Below are positions 57,014 through 64,000 of a stretch of DNA of 64,000 nt, piece by piece. Below the pieces are notes generated by a model. The model did not search any database and was not told the DNA's origin. It worked only from the letters and a program-made list of their open reading frames with translations. The translations under genes and the position numbers were made by a program. The stretch spans positions 366,477 to 430,476 of the forward strand of contig CAKPGL010000001.1 in NCBI GenBank assembly GCA_934154785.1, given 5' to 3'. The stretch is from an uncultured Bacilli bacterium. GTDB lineage: Bacteria; Bacillota_I; Bacilli_A; RF39; UBA660. Each line of letters begins with the position of its first letter. Position 1 is the first letter of the stretch.

Positions 57014-58300
57014 ATGAAATATTATATTAGTACTTTAGGATGCAAAGTAAATACTTATGAAAGTAGTGTTATTTGTGATATCTTAACCAATGCTGGTTTT
57101 ACAAAAGTATCTACTCCAAGTCTTGCTGATATATGCATAGTAAATACTTGTACAGTAACAAATACAGCTGATAATAAATCATTAAAGGTAGTAAGACAAA
57201 TGCATCGCTATAATGAAAACGCTATTATAGTGGTTTGTGGTTGTATGGCCCAAAAAGATGCTTCAAAAGTTAAAAATATACCTGGTGTAGCTGTTATTTT
57301 AGGTAATAGAGGTAAAACTAAAATAGTGGATTATATAAATGAATTTCTTGCTAATAAAAAACAAATTATTGATATTTCAGATTTATCTAATGTTTCATTT
57401 GAAAATATGAAACTAAATAATTTTGAACATACTAGAGCATTTGTTAAAATCCAAGATGGTTGTAATAATTTCTGTTCATATTGTATTATTCCTTATACAC
57501 GTGGTAATGTTAGAAGTAAAGAACGAAAAGATGTGTTAGAAGAGGTAAATAATTTAGTTAAACAAGGTCATAAGGAAGTTGTTTTAACTGGTATTCATAC
57601 TGGTAATTATGGAGCGGAATTTGATAATTATCATTTAGCGGATTTACTTTTAGATATTTTAAAAATCAAAGGATTAGAAAGATTACGTATTTCTTCTATT
57701 GAAATAACTGAATTAAATGATAAAGTATTAGATATATTAAAAGATAATAGTATTTTAGTGGATCACTTACATATACCATTACAGTCAGGTTCAAATCATA
57801 TATTAAAATTAATGAATCGTAAATATGATAAAGAATACTTCATAGATAAGATTAATAAAATTAGAACTATTAGACCTAATATATCTATTACTACAGATAT
57901 TATAGTAGGTTTTCCTGGTGAAACAGAAGAAGATTTTTTAGAAACAATTGCTACTGCCAAAATATGTAAATTTAGTAAGATACACGTTTTTCCTTATTCT
58001 TTAAGAGAAGGAACAAAAGCAGAGCAATTACCTAATCATATACCTGAAGAAGTAAAAAAAGAAAGAGTAAAGAAATTAATAGAAATATCTAAGGAATTAG
58101 AAATAGATTACATGAATAAATTTAAAGGTGCTAAGGTTATTTTTATTCCAGAAACTATAAAAGAAAACTATTTATATGGTCATACTGGTAATTATTTATA
58201 TATACGTGCTAAAGGATGTAAAGAAATGTTACATAAAGATATAGAAGTTATTGTTAAAAAAATTAATTATCCTTATGTAGATGCTGATATAATTAGTTAA
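57014..58300 (+). CDS. mtaB: tRNA methylthiotransferase, MtaB(YqeV)-like
   Basis: MTTase N-domain (YISTLGCKVNTYES), radical-SAM CNNFCSYC, and a C-terminal TRAM-like domain. Start taken at MKYYIST. Confidence 0.7.
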   Translation: MKYYISTLGCKVNTYESSVICDILTNAGFTKVSTPSLADICIVNTCTVTNTADNKSLKVVRQMHRYNENAIIVVCGCMAQKDASKVKNIPGVAVILGNRGKTKIVDYINEFLANKKQIIDISDLSNVSFENMKLNNFEHTRAFVKIQDGCNNFCSYCIIPYTRGNVRSKERKDVLEEVNNLVKQGHKEVVLTGIHTGNYGAEFDNYHLADLLLDILKIKGLERLRISSIEITELNDKVLDILKDNSILVDHLHIPLQSGSNHILKLMNRKYDKEYFIDKINKIRTIRPNISITTDIIVGFPGETEEDFLETIATAKICKFSKIHVFPYSLREGTKAEQLPNHIPEEVKKERVKKLIEISKELEIDYMNKFKGAKVIFIPETIKENYLYGHTGNYLYIRAKGCKEMLHKDIEVIVKKINYPYVDADIIS

Positions 58301-58340
58301 CAATTTATCTTTTTTGCATACATTATATTAGGTGGTTATC

Positions 58341-58721
58341 ATGGATAAAAAGGTAGAATTTAAAAATTTTGTTAAAGAGAATCCTCGTCTAATTAAGTTT
58401 GTTAAAAATGGCGAAATGACATGGCAAAAATTTTATGAACTTTATGATATGTATGGTACTGATGATAATGTTTGGGCAAATTATTTAAAAGATACAGTTG
58501 CTGCTACGGCTGCCACAGCAGCGGCGGCAACAACTGCTTCTGGTTTATCTTTTAATGATGTAATTAATTGGGTAAAAGGTATTGATTTAGATAGTGTTCA
58601 GTCGGGCATTAATAATATTCAAAGGGTAGTAGGTATGGTTCAAGACTTTTCTAAAAAAGATACTAAGACGACTAAAGAAGAATATAAACCCCGTCCAGTA
58701 TATAAACACTTTGAAGACTAA
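58341..58721 (+). CDS. YlbD-like (spore-coat-associated) protein
   Basis: FKNFVKENPRLIKFVKNGEMTWQKFYELYDMYGTDDNVW resembles B. subtilis YlbD as recalled. It lies just upstream of a YlbE-like ORF and rsmD, matching the ylbD-ylbE-...-ylbH synteny. Confidence 0.4.
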   Translation: MDKKVEFKNFVKENPRLIKFVKNGEMTWQKFYELYDMYGTDDNVWANYLKDTVAATAATAAAATTASGLSFNDVINWVKGIDLDSVQSGINNIQRVVGMVQDFSKKDTKTTKEEYKPRPVYKHFED

Positions 58722-58942
58722 TGAGTTTAGAATTACAATTTAAAATAAAAAATAATCCTAATTACTTGCGTTATTTAAGAGAACACTCTTATTGGTATAA
58801 AGAATTAAATCGTAATCCTAAAAACTTTCTCTTATTTGAAGAGAAAGTAAAAGAGGATTACAGATTACGTCCAACTGATAGAATTAGTAAAGCTCTAGAA
58901 ATGATAGAAATGGCACAAACTATTATTTCAACTTTAAAATAA
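58721..58942 (+). CDS. YlbE-like small protein
   Basis: 73 aa. Its start overlaps the stop of the previous gene. Position matches ylbE. Confidence 0.35.
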   Translation: MSLELQFKIKNNPNYLRYLREHSYWYKELNRNPKNFLLFEEKVKEDYRLRPTDRISKALEMIEMAQTIISTLK

Positions 58943-58971
58943 TTATGATAGAATGTATTTGGTGATTATAT

Positions 58972-59523
58972 ATGGCTAATAATTTAAAAATAATTAGTGG
59001 TAAATATCGTGGTTTAAGTTTTGAAGGCGATAATATAGTAGGTACTAGACCAACCATGAATAGGGTCAAAGAATCTTTGTTTGCTATGATACAAGATAAA
59101 ATTAAAGGTAGTATTTGCTTAGATTTATTTTCCGGTTCTGGTAATTTAGGTTTTGAAGCCCTAAGTAATGGTGCAAATACTTGTTATTTTGTTGATAACA
59201 ATAAAATAGCGGTTGATACTATAAATAAAAATATAAATAAACTTCATATTACAGAAGAACATTATGTAATAAAAAAAGATTATGAAGAAGCATTAAAATA
59301 TTTTAAAGCTAATGCAATAAAATTTGATGTTATCTTCTTAGATCCGCCATATCAACTTTATCTAATTAATAATTGCTTAGATAAAATATATAAATATGAT
59401 TTATTAAATGATGGTGGAGTTATTATCTGTGAATATGAAACAGAAAATATCTTTAACACTAATTTTAAATTATTAAAAGAAAGAACTTATGGTAGTAAAA
59501 AAGTAACAATTTTAGGAAAATGA
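58972..59523 (+). CDS. rsmD: 16S rRNA (guanine966-N2)-methyltransferase RsmD
   Basis: LDLFSGSGNLGFEALS and the DPPY motif. Confidence 0.85.
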   Translation: MANNLKIISGKYRGLSFEGDNIVGTRPTMNRVKESLFAMIQDKIKGSICLDLFSGSGNLGFEALSNGANTCYFVDNNKIAVDTINKNINKLHITEEHYVIKKDYEEALKYFKANAIKFDVIFLDPPYQLYLINNCLDKIYKYDLLNDGGVIICEYETENIFNTNFKLLKERTYGSKKVTILGK

Positions 59524-59548
59524 AATTTTTTTCATTTTTTTTTGTGTA
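59518..59548 (+). terminator. rho-independent terminator after rsmD
   Basis: aaatgaaa...tttcattt followed by T9. Confidence 0.5.
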
Positions 59549-59600
59549 AAAAAAAGGATATTTCTTTTTGATAGGGTATGTTTATATTAGGGAGGTAAAA

Positions 59601-61658
59601 ATGCAGAAATATCCATTTATAAAACAAGAGGATTTGAAGGACTGTGGTCCAGCTTGTCTTGCTATGATAATTAAATATTACAGAGGTTATATACCTATTA
59701 GTGAATTATGTGAACTAAGTAAAACTAGTAAAAATGGTACAGATGCTTATCATTTAATAGAAGCTTCTAAAAAAGTTGGTTTTAATGCTAGAGGTATAAA
59801 AAAAGAATTAGATAATAATTTAATATTACCAATCATAGCGCATGTTATAATTAATAATAATTTAGGTCACTTTGTAGTAATATATAAAATAAATATTAAA
59901 CATAATTATATTATTATAGGAGATCCCGCTAAAGGAATATATAAAACTTCTATTGATGATTTTAATTTAATTTGGAATAATATTTTAATAGAATTATATC
60001 CTAAATCTACTTTACCTAAAGTAGGAGAAACATCATTATTAAAATTTATTATTAATTACATAAATTATGATAGAAAAACTATATTTGTATTATTTATATC
60101 GTCTATATTAATAACTTTGTTTTCTTGTTTTATGTCATTTTATTTTCGCTTAACTATTGATAATATAAATACATCAAAAAAACTTTTAACAACGATTTTA
60201 ATAGTATTTATAATTGTATATTTGTTAAAAGTAATAATTGATTATTTAAAAAATAAAATATTTATAAGCTTTAAAAGAAGATTGGATATGAATATGTCTT
60301 GTAATATTTTTGCTAAAATAATAGACCTCCCTTATCAATATTATCGTAATCGAACTACTGGTGAAATCTTAGGAAGATTTAATGATTTAGAGTACGTTCG
60401 ACAAATGTTATACCATTTAATCTTTTCTTTATTTTCAGATTTACCATTTATTATAGGAAGTATTATTTTACTATTTATAATAAATAGTCATTTAGCGGTA
60501 TTATCACTTATAGTACTAGGTATATACACTTTTGTATTTTTGAGTTTTAACCCTATATTTCAAAAATATATTAGTGCTATAAGAGAACAAAGTTCTAAAA
60601 CTAATTCTTTAATGACAGAATCTATTAGTGGCTTTGAATCATTAAACAATTGTTGCTTAAAGGAAAGTGCTAAAAGTAAATTTGCTAATAATTATTATGA
60701 ATTATTAAATCAAGATTATAAGTTTTCTAATTTTATAATTATTAGACAAATTATTAGTGAGATTATTTATCAATTAGGAGTATATTTAATTGTTTATTTA
60801 GGTTCAATGTTAGTTTTTGATAATAAAATGTCTTTAGGAAATCTAGTTATGTTTTATTCTGTTTTAATGTCTTTTTCTAGTCCTTTAAAAAATATAATTG
60901 ATAACGATTTAAGTATTGGACAAGCTAAAATAGCGTTAAAAAGAATGCTTGGTGTATTTATAGATAAGCCAGATAGAGGTTTATTAGATAATCTAGCTAG
61001 TACACAAATAGAATTTAAAAATTTAGATTTTTATTATAATGATATTGATTTAATACTAAGTAATATTAATTTAAAAATAAATCCTAAAGAAAAAGTATTG
61101 ATAATTGGTAAAAGTGGAAGTGGGAAAAGTACTTTATTAAAGTTAATTATGAAATATTATAGTGTTAATGACGGATTATATATTGATGGAATAAACATTA
61201 ATAATTATAAAAATGATACTTTAAAAAATAAAATAGGTTATATATCACAACAAGAAACTTTATTTACAGATAGTATTTTAAATAATTTAGATAGTAGTGA
61301 TTTTAAAGAGGTATTAGATATAAGTAGAATATGTGAAATAGATAAAATATTAAGTACGAGAAACATTAATTATTATTCTATGTTAGAAGAAAATGGTTTT
61401 AATTTATCTGGCGGTGAAAGACAGAGAATTATTTTAGGTAGATTGTTATTAAAAAAATTTGATATTTTACTTATAGATGAAGGATTAAATCAAATGGATA
61501 TTAACTTGGAAAGAAGAATATTAAAAAGAATTTTTAGAAAGTTTAAAGATAAAACTATAGTTATAGTTTCTCATCGCTTAGAGAATATGGATTTATATAA
61601 TCATGTTATTGAACTTTCTAATGGAAAAATAGTAAAGGATGTTATGAAGAATGAATAG
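59601..61658 (+). CDS. peptidase-C39-domain bacteriocin/peptide ABC exporter (processing and secretion)
   Basis: N-terminal C39 domain with the catalytic Cys in LKDCGPACLAM. Six TM helices. Walker A GKSGSGKST. Signature LSGGERQRI. Walker B ILLIDE. Confidence 0.85.
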   Translation: MQKYPFIKQEDLKDCGPACLAMIIKYYRGYIPISELCELSKTSKNGTDAYHLIEASKKVGFNARGIKKELDNNLILPIIAHVIINNNLGHFVVIYKINIKHNYIIIGDPAKGIYKTSIDDFNLIWNNILIELYPKSTLPKVGETSLLKFIINYINYDRKTIFVLFISSILITLFSCFMSFYFRLTIDNINTSKKLLTTILIVFIIVYLLKVIIDYLKNKIFISFKRRLDMNMSCNIFAKIIDLPYQYYRNRTTGEILGRFNDLEYVRQMLYHLIFSLFSDLPFIIGSIILLFIINSHLAVLSLIVLGIYTFVFLSFNPIFQKYISAIREQSSKTNSLMTESISGFESLNNCCLKESAKSKFANNYYELLNQDYKFSNFIIIRQIISEIIYQLGVYLIVYLGSMLVFDNKMSLGNLVMFYSVLMSFSSPLKNIIDNDLSIGQAKIALKRMLGVFIDKPDRGLLDNLASTQIEFKNLDFYYNDIDLILSNINLKINPKEKVLIIGKSGSGKSTLLKLIMKYYSVNDGLYIDGININNYKNDTLKNKIGYISQQETLFTDSILNNLDSSDFKEVLDISRICEIDKILSTRNINYYSMLEENGFNLSGGERQRIILGRLLLKKFDILLIDEGLNQMDINLERRILKRIFRKFKDKTIVIVSHRLENMDLYNHVIELSNGKIVKDVMKNE

Positions 61659-62055
61659 TAAGGATTTATTATTTAAAAAACAATCTAATTATATATTATT
61701 TTGGATAGTTATTAGTACTGTATTATTATTTTTATTATTGTTTAGTTACTTTTATAAATATAAACCTTACTATGTTACTACTGGCATCTATGATAAGGAG
61801 GCTAAAAATGTTGTTATTTTGCTTGAAAATAATAAGTTACATTACATCAATGATACTAAGATAAAAATAAATAAAGTAAGTGTAGATAAAGAAAACATTT
61901 TAGTTGGTGAATATATTTCTGTTGATAACAAAATATATAATCAAATATTTATTAAGATATCTAATATAGATATAGAACAATCTGTTATTACTGTAACATT
62001 TGAATTACCTGAAACAACTATATTAAAAAGATTATGGAAAGGATTGATAGAATGA
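61651..62055 (+). CDS. single-pass membrane protein (hypothetical; possible accessory or immunity component)
   Basis: Overlaps the transporter 3' end by 8 nt. TM helix ILFWIVISTVLLFLLLFSYFY. Confidence 0.3.
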   Translation: MNSKDLLFKKQSNYILFWIVISTVLLFLLLFSYFYKYKPYYVTTGIYDKEAKNVVILLENNKLHYINDTKIKINKVSVDKENILVGEYISVDNKIYNQIFIKISNIDIEQSVITVTFELPETTILKRLWKGLIE

Positions 62056-62189
62056 ATTTAACAAAAAATGAATTATTAAATATTCAAGGTGGTGGTGTAA
62101 GTTTTGGATTATTAACTCTCTTAGGAGCGGGAGTAGTATTTTTAATAGGTGTAATAGATGGTTATGTAAGACCATTAAAATGTAATTAG
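62052..62189 (+). CDS. double-glycine-leader peptide 1 (class II bacteriocin precursor candidate)
   Basis: MNLTKNELLNIQGG|GVSFGLLTLLGAGVVFLIGVIDGYVRPLKCN. Leader has the LxxIxGG pattern. The mature 31 aa carry GxxxG-like motifs. Confidence 0.6.
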   Translation: MNLTKNELLNIQGGGVSFGLLTLLGAGVVFLIGVIDGYVRPLKCN

Positions 62190-62197
62190 GAGGAATT

Positions 62198-62362
62198 ATG
62201 GAGATAAATAAAAGTGAATTAGTATTAATACAGGGCGGTGGTTCAATTACAGGGACATTAATAAATTCTTTTGCCCGAGGAATAAATGTATTACTAGATT
62301 TAGGAAGAAGCTTAGGTACCGCTATTAGAAGAATTGGTAGTAATAAGTTATGCTCAATGTAA
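62198..62362 (+). CDS. double-glycine-leader peptide 2 (class II bacteriocin precursor candidate)
   Basis: MEINKSELVLIQGG|GSITGTLINSFARGINVLLDLGRSLGTAIRRIGSNKLCSM. GGAGGA RBS. Confidence 0.6.
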   Translation: MEINKSELVLIQGGGSITGTLINSFARGINVLLDLGRSLGTAIRRIGSNKLCSM

Positions 62363-62529
62363 AATCATTTTTAAAAAAATATAAAATTGAGTTATCTATA
62401 ATACTAGTTTTGTTATTAATACCAGTATTAGAACCAATTTTAGAAGTATTAATAGATTGTCTTTTTACAACGGGACAATATGTTGGAACCTGGGTTAGAG
62501 GTGTTTCAAACGGTTATTTATGCCACTAA
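62350..62529 (+). CDS. 59-aa hydrophobic protein (possible immunity protein)
   Basis: MLNVKSFLKKYKIELSIILVLLLIPVLEPILEVLIDCLFTT... Overlaps peptide 2's stop. Followed by a terminator. Confidence 0.3.
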   Translation: MLNVKSFLKKYKIELSIILVLLLIPVLEPILEVLIDCLFTTGQYVGTWVRGVSNGYLCH

Positions 62530-62556
62530 AAGCGTAGTTTTACGCTTTTTTTTCAT
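62530..62556 (+). terminator. rho-independent terminator
   Basis: aagcgta-gttt-tacgctt followed by T9. Confidence 0.7.
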
Positions 62557-62629
62557 ATAAATAAACTTTTTCTTGTAATAAAATAATTTAAGTGTTATAA
62601 TAATGACAGTCAAGAAGGGAGGGATTATA

Positions 62630-62824
62630 ATGTCTACAATAGTTGTTAAAAATGGCAATGTTGAGGGTGCTTTACGTACTATGAAACAAAAAAATATGAA
62701 AGACGGCCTCCTAAAAGCAGTTAGAGAAAGAAACGAAGGTTATATGAAACCTGGAGTTAAAAGAAGAAAAGCTAAACAAGAAGCTATTAGAAATAGTCGT
62801 AAAAAAAATAGAGAATATAGATAA
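62630..62824 (+). CDS. rpsU: 30S ribosomal protein S21
   Basis: MSTIVVKNGNVEGALRTMKQK...RRKAKQEAIRNSRKK. GGGAGGG RBS. Confidence 0.85.
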   Translation: MSTIVVKNGNVEGALRTMKQKNMKDGLLKAVRERNEGYMKPGVKRRKAKQEAIRNSRKKNREYR

Positions 62825-62873
62825 TATGTGATAGAACCGTTGTGGTTCTATTTTTAGAAAGGATAGTCTATAT

Positions 62874-63317
62874 ATGAAACAAAAAATTTTAAATGATTTA
62901 AAAAACGCTATGAAAAATCAAAATAAAGAATTATTATCAGTAGTACGTATGGTAAAAGGTGCTATTCAAATGGAAGAAATAAAAGTAAAGCATGAACTTT
63001 CTGATGATGAAGTTATTGGGATTATAGCACGTGAAATTAAAACTAGAAAAGAATCTATTAAAGAGTTTGAAAAAGGAAATCGTACTGATTTAATAGAACA
63101 AACTAAAAAAGAAATAGATATTTTAAATAGATATATGCCAGAACAAATGAGTGAAGAAGAAATAAACACTACTATTGATAGTGTATTTGCTAAAGTAAAT
63201 CCTACTAAACCTTCAGATATGGGAGCAATTATGAAAGAAATTACACCACTTGTAAAAGGTAAAGCAGATATGTCTTTAGTAAGTTCTAAAATAAAAGAAA
63301 AGCTAAGTAATTTATAA
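62874..63317 (+). CDS. yqeY: GatB/YqeY-domain protein
   Basis: YqeY-like sequence. It follows rpsU, as in B. subtilis. Confidence 0.75.
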   Translation: MKQKILNDLKNAMKNQNKELLSVVRMVKGAIQMEEIKVKHELSDDEVIGIIAREIKTRKESIKEFEKGNRTDLIEQTKKEIDILNRYMPEQMSEEEINTTIDSVFAKVNPTKPSDMGAIMKEITPLVKGKADMSLVSSKIKEKLSNL

Positions 63318-63341
63318 TATAATAATGGGGGTTATTCTATT

Positions 63342-63701
63342 ATGGAAAAAGATATTGTTGTTGATTCTTGTTACGTTGTAGGTACTTGTTTGTTATATAA
63401 AAATTTTGTTGATAGAGATTTATTAAATAGAATACAAATAAGATTATCAAAATACTATGAAATTGATTTAAGCAAAGAGAAAATTAATGATACCGTTTTA
63501 GAATGGCAAGATTTTTTCAGGTTTAATGGTGAAGGGAATGTTATTCTTACTAAAGAAGGATTATTAAATAAAGAATTAGTTAGATATCTATTTGCTGATG
63601 CTTTAGAACCAGAAATATTTGATAAACTATTAAATGCAATTTTGAATGTAAAAGAAGAACAAGCCCCAACAAAGGCAAAAGTATTAAGGTTTCCTAAATA
63701 A
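63342..63701 (+). CDS. hypothetical protein (119 aa)
   Basis: ORF with a GGGGG RBS. No recognised motif. Confidence 0.35.
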   Translation: MEKDIVVDSCYVVGTCLLYKNFVDRDLLNRIQIRLSKYYEIDLSKEKINDTVLEWQDFFRFNGEGNVILTKEGLLNKELVRYLFADALEPEIFDKLLNAILNVKEEQAPTKAKVLRFPK

Positions 63702-63710
63702 CCTTTTAAC

Positions 63711-63786
63711 GCTGAAATAGCTCAGTTGGTAGAGCAGCTCCCTCGTAAAGAGCAGGTCGTAGGTTCGAATCCTATTTTCAGCACCA
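63711..63786 (+). tRNA. tRNA-Thr (anticodon CGT)
   Basis: 76-nt cloverleaf. Acceptor GCTGAAA/TTTCAGC, D-arm GCTC-AGTTGGTA-GAGC, anticodon loop CTCGTAA, T-arm GTAGG-TTCGAAT-CCTAT, encoded CCA. Confidence 0.75.
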
Positions 63787-63789
63787 TTT

Positions 63790-63863
63790 GCTGGTATAGT
63801 ATAATGGTATTACGAGGCCATGGTAAGGCTTTAATCAGTGTTCAATTCACTGTACCAGCACCA
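63790..63863 (+). tRNA. tRNA-Thr (anticodon GGT), with a short or imperfect D-arm
   Basis: Acceptor GCTGGTA/TACCAGC, anticodon arm AGGCC-ATGGTAA-GGCTT, T-arm CAGTG-TTCAATT-CACTG, encoded CCA. Confidence 0.6.
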
Positions 63864-63965
63864 TTGAGGTTAAAAGTCGCACTTTAGCGATTACTATATA
63901 GATAAAGTTCATAGTATTTGATATTATGGGCTTTTTTCATTGTCTAAAGGAGTTGATGAATATTT

Positions 63966-64000
63966 ATGAAAACGACCATAGAAACTTTAGAATTTCCTTG
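63966..64000 (+). CDS. 5' end of an ORF that continues beyond the window
   Basis: ATG after an AAGGAG RBS. MKTTIETLEFP... Confidence 0.3.
   Translation, partial: MKTTIETLEFP

Noticed and set aside
61651-62055. HlyD/LcnD-type accessory protein for the bacteriocin exporter
   Set aside because: At 134 aa with a single TM helix, it is far too short. Accessory proteins of that class are about 450 aa with long coiled coils. It is kept as a hypothetical membrane protein.
63864-63965. Terminator or third tRNA after the tRNA-Thr pair
   Set aside because: Only an imperfect inverted repeat (catagtatttg...atattatggg) with a weak T-run. There is no cloverleaf.
1-64000. Alternative genetic code (TGA=Trp, Mollicutes-like) suggested by the very low GC
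   Set aside because: Long, well-conserved genes (leuS, clpC, pheT, tig) read through correctly with the standard code, and TGA terminates several genes (for example the radical-SAM gene). Code 11 applies.
1-64000. CRISPR arrays or IS elements with terminal inverted repeats and transposase
   Set aside because: No regularly spaced direct repeats and no transposase- or integrase-like ORF anywhere in the window.

Overview
This is 64 kb of a very AT-rich (about 27-28% GC by eye) Firmicutes chromosome using the standard genetic code (TGA is a stop). About 60 genes lie almost entirely on the + strand, and RBS-like GGAGG motifs precede most starts. The housekeeping backbone has Bacillus/Clostridium-type synteny: the leuS 3' end, yqeG-yqeH, clpC-like, tig, rnhB, a T-box-regulated pheS-pheT, pdp, rpoZ, recX-like, prsA-like, mtaB, ylbD/ylbE-like genes plus rsmD, rpsU-yqeY and two tandem tRNA-Thr genes. 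Small sporulation-associated genes (Cse60-like, two tandem YjcZ-like tiny TM proteins, YlbD-like) suggest an endospore-forming Clostridia/Bacilli-type organism. Several accessory modules stand out. (1) Directly after tig is a candidate extracellular-fibre locus: three tandem TasA/camelysin-like secreted paralogs with a distinctive SipW-type signal peptide, then an ER-type (SipW-like) signal peptidase whose catalytic domain (Ser/His/GDNN) is fused to an unusual ~300-aa polytopic membrane domain, then a bitopic membrane protein. (2) A second locus at 43.4-49.8 kb holds a protein with the same special signal plus a TasA-like domain and a type IV pilin-like (class III signal) protein. Both carry the same ~330-aa C-terminal module as a 527-bp ~95% identical DNA repeat. 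The locus also has a YfhO-family GT-C glycosyltransferase, another small TasA-like paralog, a G9 homopolymer tract in the promoter region, and a degenerate ABC protein upstream. (3) A tightly coupled four-gene operon encodes a HerA/FtsK-like ATPase with a HAS barrel, a tail-anchored coiled-coil protein, a membrane protein and a DUF45/SprT-like metallohydrolase; its function is unknown. (4) A U32 peptidase sits next to a minimal Rnf-like pair, RnfC and an RnfD fused to two FMN-binding RnfG-like domains, with no A/B/E subunits. (5) A KilA-N gene lies between 26-bp direct repeats that duplicate the 3' end of a radical-SAM gene, consistent with a mini-insertion. (6) A C39-peptidase ABC exporter is followed by two double-glycine-leader peptides with GxxxG motifs (two-peptide bacteriocin candidate) and a small hydrophobic ORF. 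All functional calls come from remembered motifs and families; no searches were run.
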